The notes: a model not told the origin generated them from the sequence alone. Counted from the stretch's first letter, positions 30,552-41,121 are shown. The stretch: DNA of 64,000 nt from Candidatus Methanomethylicia archaeon (GCA_038845975.1 JAWBQF010000015.1:1-64000), one strand, 5' to 3'. Program-made: numbers and translations.

Positions 30552-31951
30552 GTAAGAATTTCAACTATCTCTCTAACACTACATTTTTCAATGTTTAATA
30601 TTTTATCTACTACCTCCCTTCCTACATCTCTATACTTAGACTGCTTTATATTATCCATGAACTTGGTTATTACCTCATCTCTTGTTAGTGGGTTTTTAGG
30701 TGTTCCCTTATGCTCTATGACTTCCTCCTCATATGTTCTACCATTCCTCAATGTAATTCTAGCTTTAGCTGGAATTACCTCACTTCCACCATACTTATCA
30801 TATCCCTTATCATATACAGCTTTAATTCTAGATGTATAATTCAGTATTTCAGGATTTCTTATTGATTCATCTGTAAAGTCCCATAGCCCAACCCATCCTC
30901 TTCTTAATGCAACAACTACAGTATATGGGAGGCTGAACTTCGCACCGTATGGGGTTTGAGGCTTTATCTTCTCCTCGTAGGGCTCAACTACAAGATTAAT
31001 TGCAACCTTAGGTACATAGTATATGCATTCTTCAATATCTTCAAGTTTAACATCATACTTCCTCTTAAATGCTAATGCAACATCTATTGAGGAATGGGTT
31101 GCATGACATGTTGGATAGGGCTTAATAGATATGTTTAAAGTCTCCCACTTCTCCCCTAATCCTTCAGTAGCTTGCTTGAGATCGAATTTATCCCCCTTAA
31201 GATATGCATTGAATAATCCTTGTCTCCCCTCAAATACTTGTAGTGGACCTCTACATCCCTCCCTAGCTAGTAGTGCGGCCAGTATTCCTGCATGAGAGGC
31301 AAAGCCTGGATGCATAGGCTTAACCCATACACCTTCAGGTATACATTGAAGTATTCCTGATGATAGACTTCCAGCTATACCTAAAGCCCATGCTAACTGC
31401 TCAATAGATAGCTTCATTAACCTACCGGCAATCAATGCAGATCCGAAAACACCAATAGCTGATGTTGGATGTATACCTCGAATATGGAATAGCCATGGAG
31501 CAACTAATCCAAGCCTGGAGTTAACCTCGTAAGCTGCAATTACAGCCTCCAGAAACTCTCTCCCAGATGCATTAGTTATCTCCCCTACTGCTAATGCTGT
31601 AGGTATAGCTGTACAGCTTTGATGTATTCCTGATCCTAGATGTGTATCATCATAGTCTACACTATGAGCCATAACAGCATTAGCTATAACAGCATTCAGA
31701 GCTGATACTTTAAATCCATATCCAACAACAGTACTTTCAGGGGAGCCGCCTAAAAGCCTAATTACATTAACAACACGTTTAACGTCTTCAAGATTATATG
31801 TAGCCATCATAATACCTAAAGTATCCAAGACATGAAGCTTAGCTCTACTAACAACTTCTTCAGGAATATCCTTCAACCTTAAATTATAAGTAAACTCAGA
31901 AAACTTATAGGATATAGTTTCACCCATATTTACCACATAACCACTATGCAA
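30548..31951 (-). CDS. MmgE/PrpD family protein
   Basis: LDTLG, AHSVDYDDTH, HPTS, KPMHPG, KPYPTCHATH, AKFSLPY; start likely 31927. Confidence 0.92.
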   Translation of the reverse strand: MHSGYVVNMGETISYKFSEFTYNLRLKDIPEEVVSRAKLHVLDTLGIMMATYNLEDVKRVVNVIRLLGGSPESTVVGYGFKVSALNAVIANAVMAHSVDYDDTHLGSGIHQSCTAIPTALAVGEITNASGREFLEAVIAAYEVNSRLGLVAPWLFHIRGIHPTSAIGVFGSALIAGRLMKLSIEQLAWALGIAGSLSSGILQCIPEGVWVKPMHPGFASHAGILAALLAREGCRGPLQVFEGRQGLFNAYLKGDKFDLKQATEGLGEKWETLNISIKPYPTCHATHSSIDVALAFKRKYDVKLEDIEECIYYVPKVAINLVVEPYEEKIKPQTPYGAKFSLPYTVVVALRRGWVGLWDFTDESIRNPEILNYTSRIKAVYDKGYDKYGGSEVIPAKARITLRNGRTYEEEVIEHKGTPKNPLTRDEVITKFMDNIKQSKYRDVGREVVDKILNIEKCSVREIVEILT

Positions 31952-32191
31952 GCTATAATTTAAGGCTTTCGTACAAGGCTTACCTTAAAACTTTGAGTTT
32001 TGCATTATTTCACCATGTTTCTTAGGATATTTGTTTAACCATATCTTTAAAATCTATGAGTCTTAAACCATAATGTTTAGAATCAGGTAGCTAAGTAATA
32101 TATTTAAGCCTTTAACTAGTGCTAGTATTGATCTTTAAGCTATTCATAAAGAGTAGAAGTGTTGGGATAAATTATTTCTAGAATTAGGAGT

Positions 32192-32866
32192 TTAGAATGT
32201 ATAGCTTTCTCCAGGTTTTAATATTATGCATTTAACTCCTTTACTGGATGCAAGCTCCCTAAATCTTTCAGGATCTGCTTTAATTACTGGGAAGGTATTG
32301 TAATGCATTGGAATAACTACTTCAGGCTTAATAAGATCTATAGCTACTAATGCTTCATTAACACTCATAGTGTAGTATCCACCAATAGGTAGTAGACTTA
32401 TTTTCGGCTTATATAGCTCTCCTATAAGCTTCATATCACCAAATAAGCCAGTATCACCAGCATGATATATTGATGATTCCCTACCAGTAACAACATATCC
32501 TACTGGTGAGCCTCTACTAGATGTATGGAATGCTTGAGTCATAACTATCTTCAATCCCTTAAATTCAACGGAGCCGCCAATATTCATACCTATAGTGTTT
32601 AATCCCTGTTCTTTAAGATAGTTTGAAAGTTCAGGAACACTTAAAACTTGAGCACTTGTCTTTCTAGCTATCTCTACAGTTTCGCCTAAATGGTCAAAAT
32701 GGTCATGAGTAACAAGAATTAAATCTACATTTTTAAGCTCATCAATTTTTACCGGCGATAATGGATTTGAAATCCATGGATCAATTAAAAACCTAACACC
32801 ATCAATACTTAACTCGAAAGCGGCATGACCGAGCCATCTAGCATAACCCATAAAACCACCAAGCAA
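32192..32866 (-). CDS. metal-dependent hydrolase, MBL fold (UPF0173)
   Basis: WLGHA, IDPW, THDHFDH, YHAGDT, PMHY. Confidence 0.92.
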   Translation of the reverse strand: MLGGFMGYARWLGHAAFELSIDGVRFLIDPWISNPLSPVKIDELKNVDLILVTHDHFDHLGETVEIARKTSAQVLSVPELSNYLKEQGLNTIGMNIGGSVEFKGLKIVMTQAFHTSSRGSPVGYVVTGRESSIYHAGDTGLFGDMKLIGELYKPKISLLPIGGYYTMSVNEALVAIDLIKPEVVIPMHYNTFPVIKADPERFRELASSKGVKCIILKPGESYTF

Positions 32867-33175
32867 ATATTTTAAGCAAAAATATAAACCCTTCGCTGAG
32901 TAGTAAAGAGATGAATTAGCTTGAATGCTAGGCTATATTTGATGAGTTGCGGGGAATTAATGGTAAAAGTATTATGAAGAAAATAGACTATGAAGCTAAA
33001 CTTATATCTCTTAACATATTTACTTCATCGACTTCATACCTATATTATTTCACACTCTAAATTATTTGCTGTCTGTGTTTTGGTTTTTACTTCCTAATGA
33101 TACTCATTTATTAATGGGTTCCTACAAGTATAAAAGGGTGATGAAATAATTAGTAGAGAGGTGGAATTGAGGGTT

Positions 33176-33310
33176 ATGGATTATCCCTCCCACCTAATAG
33201 ATTGGATTCTCTTTAAACATAATTTAGGTTCTCCGGAAATGAGGAAAATATTTAATGAAAAGATGTTTATTGAAAAGATACTTAAAGTTGAAGCTACTTT
33301 AGCAGATATT
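33176..33310 (+). pseudogene. 5' relic of adenylosuccinate lyase family gene
   Basis: PSHLID.ILFKHNLGSPEMRKIFNE..FIEKILKVEATLA resembles PurB/PcaB N-terminus, then runs into a convergent gene. Confidence 0.6.
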
Positions 33311-33313
33311 ATC

Positions 33314-34147
33314 TTACTTAATTGGTGCTGGACAATTAATAATACACCTACCACACATGCTTGCTGCTCTTTCCATCTTCTGCCATGGATCCTCTCTTCC
33401 AAGAGCTTTTAGAAAATCTTCAGGTATAGGATCTTTAGGTATTTCTACATCTTGACGTCCTAATGCTTTTCTAATTAAGCCACTAGTACCATATCTACAT
33501 AGAGTCTTATTTATTTTTGCATATTCAAAAACTCTATTATCTATCTCAACCTTTACATACTTATCCCCACTAATAGCATTTGTAGGGCAGACGGATATAC
33601 ATATACCGCATTTCTCTCTTTTACATAGTCTATCTCCAGAATACATAGGACTTGGCTCTAATTCAGCTTCTGTTAGGATTGAAACTAATCTAACCCTAGA
33701 GCCTGCGTCAGGTGTTATTAAAAGCCCATTCCATCCAAATTCTCCAAGACCTGCAGCAACAGCGGCATGTCTATGAGAGAAAACACCTCTAAGCTCATAA
33801 GGATCTGAAGGCCTAGAGGCAGGAATAGGAATTGATATGTAACCTCTCTTCTCTAATAGTCTAGAAATTCGTAAAGCTGCAAGATCAAGTTTATCATTTA
33901 GAACTATATAGCCGAAGTTCATGTATATATAGATACAATTTCTAAGTCCACTATAGGCTTTTTGATTTGCAATCTTAACGCCATCACTTATTTTAATCCC
34001 TAAGGAGATAACAGATTTACAGCTTTCTAATATATCATTAGGCCTATAACCATTAGGAGCATTTTTAAAACGAACAATAGGAGCTACACCTACATAATCT
34101 ATATCCTCTAGTAAAGCTAGCTTTTTCACTTCATCGATTAAACTCAT
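33314..34147 (-). CDS. epoxyqueuosine reductase (QueG)-like Fe-S protein
   Basis: FSHRHAAVAAGLGEFG.NGLLITP, RVRL, CGICISVCP, CGRCIINCP. Confidence 0.85.
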   Translation of the reverse strand: MSLIDEVKKLALLEDIDYVGVAPIVRFKNAPNGYRPNDILESCKSVISLGIKISDGVKIANQKAYSGLRNCIYIYMNFGYIVLNDKLDLAALRISRLLEKRGYISIPIPASRPSDPYELRGVFSHRHAAVAAGLGEFGWNGLLITPDAGSRVRLVSILTEAELEPSPMYSGDRLCKREKCGICISVCPTNAISGDKYVKVEIDNRVFEYAKINKTLCRYGTSGLIRKALGRQDVEIPKDPIPEDFLKALGREDPWQKMERAASMCGRCIINCPAPIK

Positions 34148-34189
34148 ATCCTTACTTAAGCATTACCCTATAAAAAGCTTACTGGCTGA

Positions 34190-34318
34190 TGCCTTGCAGT
34201 TCAATTCTGAAATTTGTAAATTCAAATTTACATAAAATACAGAAATTCTAATAGGGATTCCCATGATCATAGTATTTAATGGATAAAATACGAGAAACAA
34301 GCATTAAGCCATGGAGCT
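34190..34318. mobile_element. MITE family B, copy 2
   Basis: aattctgaaatttg..ttca..tttacataaa...catagtatttaatg...acgagaaa..attaagcca colinear with 2328-2458; TIRs decayed. Confidence 0.75.
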
Positions 34319-34541
34319 TAGCTAGTAGACATTATCTTGTCAAGGAAAGCTGATGAAACATACCGGATATATTTAATCTACTCATAAATCTATCTTACCT
34401 TAACCTTTAGGTATAAAGTAGGTTTAATGAGACTTAAAATACAATAACTTATTTATAGCTAATAATTAAGCTTCCTTAGTATTTCATTAAATATAATTAG
34501 AACCGGCCATTATGTCTGAAGGGATTTAAAAATAAGTTGAT

Positions 34542-35186
34542 TTATGGTAGGATACGTTTTGAAAAGTAGTGCATTGAATATAGTGGTGCAGCTGGACTGT
34601 GACCTGTAGCTCTATCCTTAGCTATTAAGTAAACTATGGGGGCTTTTGAATACATCATGAATATCGTATCGTGACCTACGCATAGTCCCACAATAACATT
34701 CAGCTCCGTACCAACATGGTTTAACATCATTGCTTGAAGTACTGGATTACATATTGATTCATGAGAGCCTGGTTTTAACTTATCTCTCTCCCCTAATCCA
34801 ATCCATGTCTTATCGATAGAGCCGCATTTACATCCTATAGAGTAGACATCAAACCCCCATGATTCAAATAATTTATCTAGCTTACCAGCCTCCTCGCTTA
34901 AACCTATACAGAATGCAATTCCAATCTTTTTAATGTTAAGTCTTTTACAAAGCTCAGCAACTTCCCTAACTCTAGGCCAGAAGCCATATCCTTCCTTCTC
35001 AATAAGAGTGGAGAGGCGATGAATATTTTTAATAAGTTCATTTTCATACTCCCTCATAGATTCCTTAACGATATCAGGATATACAGTCATAGGGCAGAAA
35101 ATAGGCTTTTTAGCTTCTGGATCGCGATAGCAAGGCTTCAATGAACACTTAGTACATTGAGGAGATTTTTCACTCATAACAATCAA
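34542..35186 (-). CDS. DUF1847 Cys-rich metal-binding protein
   Basis: PRVRE, GIAFCIGL, CKCG, CNPVLQA, GLCVGHD, KDR. Confidence 0.88.
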   Translation of the reverse strand: MIVMSEKSPQCTKCSLKPCYRDPEAKKPIFCPMTVYPDIVKESMREYENELIKNIHRLSTLIEKEGYGFWPRVREVAELCKRLNIKKIGIAFCIGLSEEAGKLDKLFESWGFDVYSIGCKCGSIDKTWIGLGERDKLKPGSHESICNPVLQAMMLNHVGTELNVIVGLCVGHDTIFMMYSKAPIVYLIAKDRATGHSPAAPLYSMHYFSKRILP

Positions 35187-35234
35187 GCTTTAACAATAGA
35201 GATATATTTAAAGCTTAGTGTTAAATCTAGGATT

Positions 35235-35705
35235 ATGAATGGCTTAGATAAAGTGGAGAAGTTTATTAAGGATTATAATGTTGAAGGAGAATTTTTAAGG
35301 CTGGATAGATATACGAAATCCTCAAATGATGCATCTAAAGCAGTAGGAATACCTAAGAACCACATAGTAAAGACAATTATAGTGATTGGAAGCGATAATA
35401 AACCCTACGCTATACTATTACCAGGTGATAAAAAAATAAACTATGATAAGCTAAAGAAGATTCTTAAAGTTAGAGATGTAAAACTTGCTAGTTTTGAAGT
35501 TGTAAAGAATACTACTGGACTAGAACCCGGGGAGGTTTCCCCATTTACTGAGGAAATTAAGGGGTTAACATGTATCCTAGATTCATCCGTAACTGGAAAA
35601 GACATTATAGTTGTTGGTGGTGGATCCCACTATACCCTAATCAGAACTAAGACTAGCGAAATAATACGTACTCTTAAACCCATAATTGCTGAAATATCAA
35701 AATGA
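35235..35705 (+). CDS. YbaK/EbsC aminoacyl-tRNA deacylase
   Basis: IVKTI, TG..PGEVSPF, VGGG; start set at ATG 35235 after TATA. Confidence 0.85.
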   Translation: MNGLDKVEKFIKDYNVEGEFLRLDRYTKSSNDASKAVGIPKNHIVKTIIVIGSDNKPYAILLPGDKKINYDKLKKILKVRDVKLASFEVVKNTTGLEPGEVSPFTEEIKGLTCILDSSVTGKDIIVVGGGSHYTLIRTKTSEIIRTLKPIIAEISK

Positions 35706-35775
35706 ACTACATTACCAACTCAGAATATGTTGAAAAACGGCATTATGATATCTATAAAATGAATATATTTGGAAT

Positions 35776-35940
35776 ATAGGAAGCTAAACTTGGAGGCTAT
35801 AGAGCTAGGATAAGGAATGACTTCTTCAAAGAATCCTCTACAGGGCTGTAGACGGGAACTCTTTAGAGTCCTAACTGTAAAGTTCAGAGACCAGTTCAAG
35901 ACAAGGAGAAGAAAGACCGAAGAGACAAAAGCCTTCTAAG
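35776..35940 (+). pseudogene. possible RelE/ParE toxin relic
   Basis: Frameshifted GYRARI..DF / RILYR.VD / FRVLTV pieces. Confidence 0.35.
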
Positions 35941-36049
35941 GCTTATGACCTACTCTCTGAAGATCCTGCCAAGCAGCTATACAGATGAATACTTTAATAC
36001 GCCCCGTCTTAACGAAAAACTTATAAATATTCCTATATGGTAAAATAGG

Positions 36050-36328
36050 ATGGGGCTGGTACGAGCATATGTAAGGATTTATGGGCTTGTTCAAGGAGTA
36101 TTCTTTAGAGCATATACTAGAAGAATGGCTAAGTCGCTGGGTTTAAATGGTTATGTAAGGAATATGGATGATGGAAGTGTGGAAGCTGTTTTTGAAGGGG
36201 AGAAGGAGAGGGTAATGGAAGCTGTTAAATGGTGTCATCATGGACCGCCTCACGCAATAGTTGTAAAAGTAGATGTGAAATGGGAGGAGTATAAAGGGGA
36301 ATATAATGATTTCCACATCCTATACTAA
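36050..36328 (+). CDS. acyP: acylphosphatase
   Basis: [24 protein letters not shown]. Confidence 0.95.
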   Translation: MGLVRAYVRIYGLVQGVFFRAYTRRMAKSLGLNGYVRNMDDGSVEAVFEGEKERVMEAVKWCHHGPPHAIVVKVDVKWEEYKGEYNDFHILY

Positions 36329-36338
36329 TCAATATGCT

Positions 36339-36809
36339 TTAATACTCTGAATATGTTATGAAGTTTGACCTTAAAAGTATTCCACCTTTAGATATTAGCT
36401 TTTCAATAAGGTTTCTACTTGTCTTTGTAATATCTAGATTTACAGCTTCTCTAATAGGAATAACAGCAATTTCAAGAACATCACTGGAGGCCTTAGCATT
36501 TTCAATAGGGGTTTTAGGTTTAACTAATACATCAATAAGGACGTAGTGATATTTAATCCTCTTCTTATCATCATATACTACAAGCTCATCAATATTTACA
36601 ATACCAATAGGATCCCCATTAATACCTGTTTCTTCGTAGAGCTCTCTAATAGCAGCTTCATAGAGGGATTCTCCAAGCTCTAAATGACCGCCTGGAATAC
36701 TCCACTTTCCAGCTCCTGGAGGATATTTCCTCTTTACTAGGAGGATTCTATTACTTTCATCTATAACAACAACTCCAACGCCAACTTCAGGATTTGTAGG
36801 ATATTTCAT
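36339..36809 (-). CDS. NUDIX hydrolase
   Basis: Nudix box GGHLELGESLYEAAIRELYEETG. Confidence 0.93.
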   Translation of the reverse strand: MKYPTNPEVGVGVVVIDESNRILLVKRKYPPGAGKWSIPGGHLELGESLYEAAIRELYEETGINGDPIGIVNIDELVVYDDKKRIKYHYVLIDVLVKPKTPIENAKASSDVLEIAVIPIREAVNLDITKTSRNLIEKLISKGGILLRSNFITYSEY

Positions 36810-36833
36810 AGTGATCTAATAATTATGGATTAT

Positions 36834-38372
36834 TTATGGTATTGCTATAGCTATTCCATCACTTCTTGGATCAGCTGTTGCTTGAAGAAGGCCATTCACC
36901 CTCCTATATAGGGCTTGAACTATTCCAGTAGCTGAGCTATAGTATGGTAGAGGTATGGCTTTTATACTTATATTTGGATGTTTTATTCTACCTTCATAGA
37001 TTATCTCCTTATTTAACCCCCAATTCGTTAAAACTATTCTAGGAGCATCTATGGCTTCAGCTATATTCATTTTGAAATCGATAATGTTTGAGAGAACTTG
37101 AGCATGGATTTGAGGTCTTAAGTTACCTCCAGCACATCCAATAATGCCGAAACCGTTTTGATCTTGAAATCCTAGAATGGATAATGTATGAAGAGGTCTT
37201 TTACATGGTTCAAATCTATTCGGACTATTCTCATCTAAACTGAAACCTAAACCCCTGCCTTGAAATGTTACTCCTTCAACTGTTATCAATGAGCCGAAGG
37301 AATAGAAGAGACTCTGTATAAACCCTACAATATTACCCCATTTATCAGCAACGGTGAAAAACGTTGTATCTTCACTATTAGCTTTAAAACTAACATTAGG
37401 TATGATACTTCTCCTATTTGAAGCATATCTCTTTGATAGTAGTTGATCTATTGGAGCTCTATAGTATACTGGATCAGCTACATATTTATCTCTATCCTCA
37501 TATGCAAGTATTGATGCATTAACTAAAATATTTACATGTTCACTATTATAGTAACTAATAGATTTAAAGTCGTACCCTTCAAGAATGTTGAGAAGTATTA
37601 AAGTTGTAATACCTTGAGAATTTGGAGGTATTTCATAGACTCTACAATCCCTATAATTAATCCCTATAGGATTAACCCATTCAGATCTATGTGAAGCAAA
37701 GTCTTCATAATCTACTGGACATCCATAGCCTTTTAAGCCATCTACAAGCCTCTTAGCTACCGAACCATTATAGAATGAGGATAAGCCATCCCTAATAAGC
37801 ATATCTAAAATATCTGCAAGCATGGGTTGGATAAGTATATCCCCAATATTTAGAGGCTTATCACCCCTTAAAAATACTTGAACCCAACCCTTCGAATACC
37901 ATTCCTCACTATATGCAAGCCTTATAGCTCCAGCTAAACCACGACTAACTGGAAAACCGTTTCTAGCTAGATTGATTGCAGGCTGTAATAGTTTTCTTAG
38001 AGGCATTGTACAGTATTCCTGATAAATCTGAGCCCATGAATCTACAAGACCTGGTACAGTAACTATCCATGGCCCACGTTTAGGAAGCTGAGAGCCAAAC
38101 ATTTTCTTAACATCATTAAAGCTAACGTTCCTAAATGATCGACCAGATCCGTTTAAAACTTTAACTTTACCATTACTATCCACAGCCATAATGAAGGAGT
38201 CCCCACCTAAACCACAAGCATACGGCATAGTAACTGATAATACAGCACTTACAGCTATAGAAGCATCGAAGGCATTACCACCCTCTTCCAATATCCTAAG
38301 ACCAGCAAGAACAGCATTAGGCTCCTCAGCAGCCACAATACCTCTAAACCCGAGAGCTAACATACCTGGCAT
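36834..38372 (-). CDS. ggt: gamma-glutamyltransferase
   Basis: GGNAFDA, GLGGD, VPG, PPNSQG, DTT autoproteolysis site, KRPLHTL, ADPR. Confidence 0.93.
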   Translation of the reverse strand: MPGMLALGFRGIVAAEEPNAVLAGLRILEEGGNAFDASIAVSAVLSVTMPYACGLGGDSFIMAVDSNGKVKVLNGSGRSFRNVSFNDVKKMFGSQLPKRGPWIVTVPGLVDSWAQIYQEYCTMPLRKLLQPAINLARNGFPVSRGLAGAIRLAYSEEWYSKGWVQVFLRGDKPLNIGDILIQPMLADILDMLIRDGLSSFYNGSVAKRLVDGLKGYGCPVDYEDFASHRSEWVNPIGINYRDCRVYEIPPNSQGITTLILLNILEGYDFKSISYYNSEHVNILVNASILAYEDRDKYVADPVYYRAPIDQLLSKRYASNRRSIIPNVSFKANSEDTTFFTVADKWGNIVGFIQSLFYSFGSLITVEGVTFQGRGLGFSLDENSPNRFEPCKRPLHTLSILGFQDQNGFGIIGCAGGNLRPQIHAQVLSNIIDFKMNIAEAIDAPRIVLTNWGLNKEIIYEGRIKHPNISIKAIPLPYYSSATGIVQALYRRVNGLLQATADPRSDGIAIAIP

Positions 38373-38556
38373 ACTCTAACCATACATAGTATATTATAAA
38401 CTTATAGTAGGCTTAAGCAATAAATAAACTTTACATTTTCTTTATTAATGAAGTTAGTATGAAATGTTAATGTATAATTGTTATCCTCTTAAACTATGTT
38501 AAGCCAATTAAGGATGATGTAGTTAATATTTATATTTCTGTGTTTTTGATTATTTT

Positions 38557-39171
38557 GTGATTAAACATTTAAAGCTTGTTGCTCCAAGCTGGGATGAATT
38601 GTTTGTAGATACTATTAGGCTAGCGGAAATGATTGAGTCTAGTGGTTTTAAACCTGATGTAATTGTAGCTATTGCTAGAGGAGGATGGATTATTGGTAGA
38701 TTACTTTCAGATTTTATGGCTCAACCAAATATAACAGATATTAGAGTTGAGTTTTACAAGGATATATACGCAACTGAGCCTAAGCCACGTATTACGCAGT
38801 CTATTGGAACTGATATTAAGGGGTTGAAGGTACTTGTTGCTGATGACGTTGCTGATACAGGCGAATCCTTAATTATAACTGTTGAATATCTTAAATCTCT
38901 TGGAGCTGAAGATGTTAAGGTAGCAACAATCTATGTTAAGCCATGGTCTAAAATTAGGCCGGACTACTATGTTAAGAAGACGGATGCATGGATAATATTT
39001 CCACATGAAGTTAGGGAAACAATTGATAAGCTATATTTAAAATGGGCTTCTGAAGGAAAAACCATTGATTGGATGCTTAAAACCCTAGTAGATTCAGGTA
39101 TGAAGAGGGAATATGCAGAATACTTTCTAAAAAAGGCATCTAGAAGCGATGAAAACTATACCGTAGCTTAA
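38557..39171 (+). CDS. purine phosphoribosyltransferase family protein
   Basis: AIARGG, VLVADDVADTGES, WIIFP.E. Confidence 0.9.
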   Translation: MIKHLKLVAPSWDELFVDTIRLAEMIESSGFKPDVIVAIARGGWIIGRLLSDFMAQPNITDIRVEFYKDIYATEPKPRITQSIGTDIKGLKVLVADDVADTGESLIITVEYLKSLGAEDVKVATIYVKPWSKIRPDYYVKKTDAWIIFPHEVRETIDKLYLKWASEGKTIDWMLKTLVDSGMKREYAEYFLKKASRSDENYTVA

Positions 39172-39272
39172 TTCTGAAGTTTGCAAATTCTTTTACATGA
39201 TAAGAAACCTTAATAGGTAGTTTATAATCATAGTATATAGATGAAAATACAGAAGTAATACTAGGTCATAAT
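39157..39272. mobile_element. MITE family B, copy 3 (decayed)
   Basis: gcttaattctgaagtttgcaaattc..tttaca..catagtat..aaatac aligns to 2328-2458. Confidence 0.6.
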
Positions 39273-39276
39273 GTAT

Positions 39277-39340
39277 ACGGTGATGAAATTTGCACGTTAC
39301 TGAGTAATGATGATCCTCCATCAAACTGATAATAAACCGT
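39277..39340 (+). ncRNA. C/D box guide sRNA (two guides, probable 23S rRNA targets)
   Basis: Box C GTGATGA 39280-86, D' CTGA 39300-03, C' ATGATGA 39307-13, D CTGA 39326-29; 13- and 12-nt guides; terminal acggt/accgt. Confidence 0.9.
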
Positions 39341-40144
39341 TATGGAATCCATAGATTTCCATCATCCCCTATTTCTATATTTAAGAGCTTATTGAAAATC
39401 TTTAGAAGCAATGACCTCGTATTAATACTCTTATCAACCTATTTAGCCATATATCAGGCATTTCTTAAACATTATTACAGGTATATATACAAATCCATCT
39501 ACTTGAGATTGTTTCAAATTTTAAGTTTATCATACTTTATATTTCATGTATATTACTATGTATGTAAAGCATTACCACTTCTCAGTTCTCATTGAAATTA
39601 AAGTTTTATGCTAAACATTAATTAAATGGAAATTAGAGTTTAAATGTACTGAAATATTATTCAGAAAATGTATTTGTTAAATCCAAACAATATTAAGCTT
39701 TAAATAGGATTCAATAAGAAAATCTAGAACTTTATTTCCGGAATGAATTCTTACTAGGTTAAATATTGGTTTAATATGATTTAAAGCAAGTTGCTTATAT
39801 GTGAATGAAATGTTTAAAGCCTGAATGAAAACTCCATCGAAGTAAGATTTCAGCGGGAAAAGTAAAACTATGATCTAGGTCTCTACTAAACAGGGATAGC
39901 AAGCCAGTAGCATAGTTTTACGGATAGCTATAGAGTGGTAGGTGACAAACGCTACTACACATATACCCTAATATTAAAGCAGCTAATTTTAAAAATTCAG
40001 ATATTAGCTGTGAAGAAAGTTAAATACAAAACTTACTAAATAACTAACATAATAAAACTACTGAATCATGTAGTAATTTAACCTTAAAGTAGATATAAGT
40101 GTTAAAGTTAGCAAAATAAAGATGTTCATAAAAAGTATGTAGAG

Positions 40145-41074
40145 CTATTTGGAGAATTTCTTTCCAATTTTCTCTATATGATCTATTTCCCCTCTTATTT
40201 TTGTTATTGCTTCACTAATTTCTTTAGCTTTTTTCCCCTTTTCTTCTAGATACTTTTTAAGTTGATTAAGCTTATTTGAGGATTCATTAAGTTTATCTAT
40301 TACTTCTTTTAAGTGACTTATTGCCTCCTCTCTTCCCTTCTTTGCTACTTCATTCTCTATGTTTCTTGTTATTTCCTCCATTCTTCTTATATGCTTACCT
40401 ATTTCCTTAGCTATTCTAGCTTCCTCTATTTCTTTCCTTATTAGCTTGTTTAATTCACCTATTATTCCAGCTATTATTCTCTTAGACTCTCCAAGTAACT
40501 TAGCAGTTTCATTAATTCTACCCTCTTCAAGTAGGCTTAAAGCCTCTCTTAGGATTTTATTAGCATCATCAATAGCTTTAGTAATGTCTTCATCAACAGT
40601 TATACCTTTTTCTTTTAAGAGTTCCACGGTGTCGTTTAGTTTATTTATGAATTTTTGATGAGTTTGTATTGCTACTTTAAGACCTATTGCAGTTCTTTCC
40701 TGAACCATTTCCCTTACTTCCTCACGTACCTGCCTACAAACATAGTTTGCAACTATTCTTAGACAGCCCATAGCCTCCTGTATACATTTCCTAGTTTCAT
40801 TATATTTTCCCTCATTAATGAAGTTTCTAGCAGATTCTAGTAGTTCACCAGCTTTAGTTAAGTTTCCCTTAATATCTTCTGGAAGCTTAATTCCTCTACC
40901 TTCAATGAATTCCTCAATTCTCGTTTTTGAAGATTCCAACTGGCCTATACATTTTTCCAGATTCGTTTTTTGCCTACTATCTGCAGCATGTAGAGTTATT
41001 GAGGTAAGTATTGAGGTTACTAGTACTAATACCATTGTTATTGAAGCTATTTTTAATATATTTTTAGTACTCAT
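40145..41074 (-). CDS. secreted all-helical hypothetical protein
   Basis: Signal peptide, then E/K/R/A-rich helical repeats (GKYNET / GRINET). Confidence 0.7.
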   Translation of the reverse strand: MSTKNILKIASITMVLVLVTSILTSITLHAADSRQKTNLEKCIGQLESSKTRIEEFIEGRGIKLPEDIKGNLTKAGELLESARNFINEGKYNETRKCIQEAMGCLRIVANYVCRQVREEVREMVQERTAIGLKVAIQTHQKFINKLNDTVELLKEKGITVDEDITKAIDDANKILREALSLLEEGRINETAKLLGESKRIIAGIIGELNKLIRKEIEEARIAKEIGKHIRRMEEITRNIENEVAKKGREEAISHLKEVIDKLNESSNKLNQLKKYLEEKGKKAKEISEAITKIRGEIDHIEKIGKKFSK

Positions 41075-41121
41075 TAAACCACCACTATAAATAGTGCAAG
41101 CAAATATTTAGATGTTAAGTA

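Noticed and set aside
35157-35234. N-terminal extension of YbaK in the ORF track
   Set aside because: Overlaps the divergent DUF1847 start and the shared TATA region; ATG 35235 fits better
39392-39595. 67-aa ORF
   Set aside because: Low-complexity AT-rich sequence, TTG start, no motif
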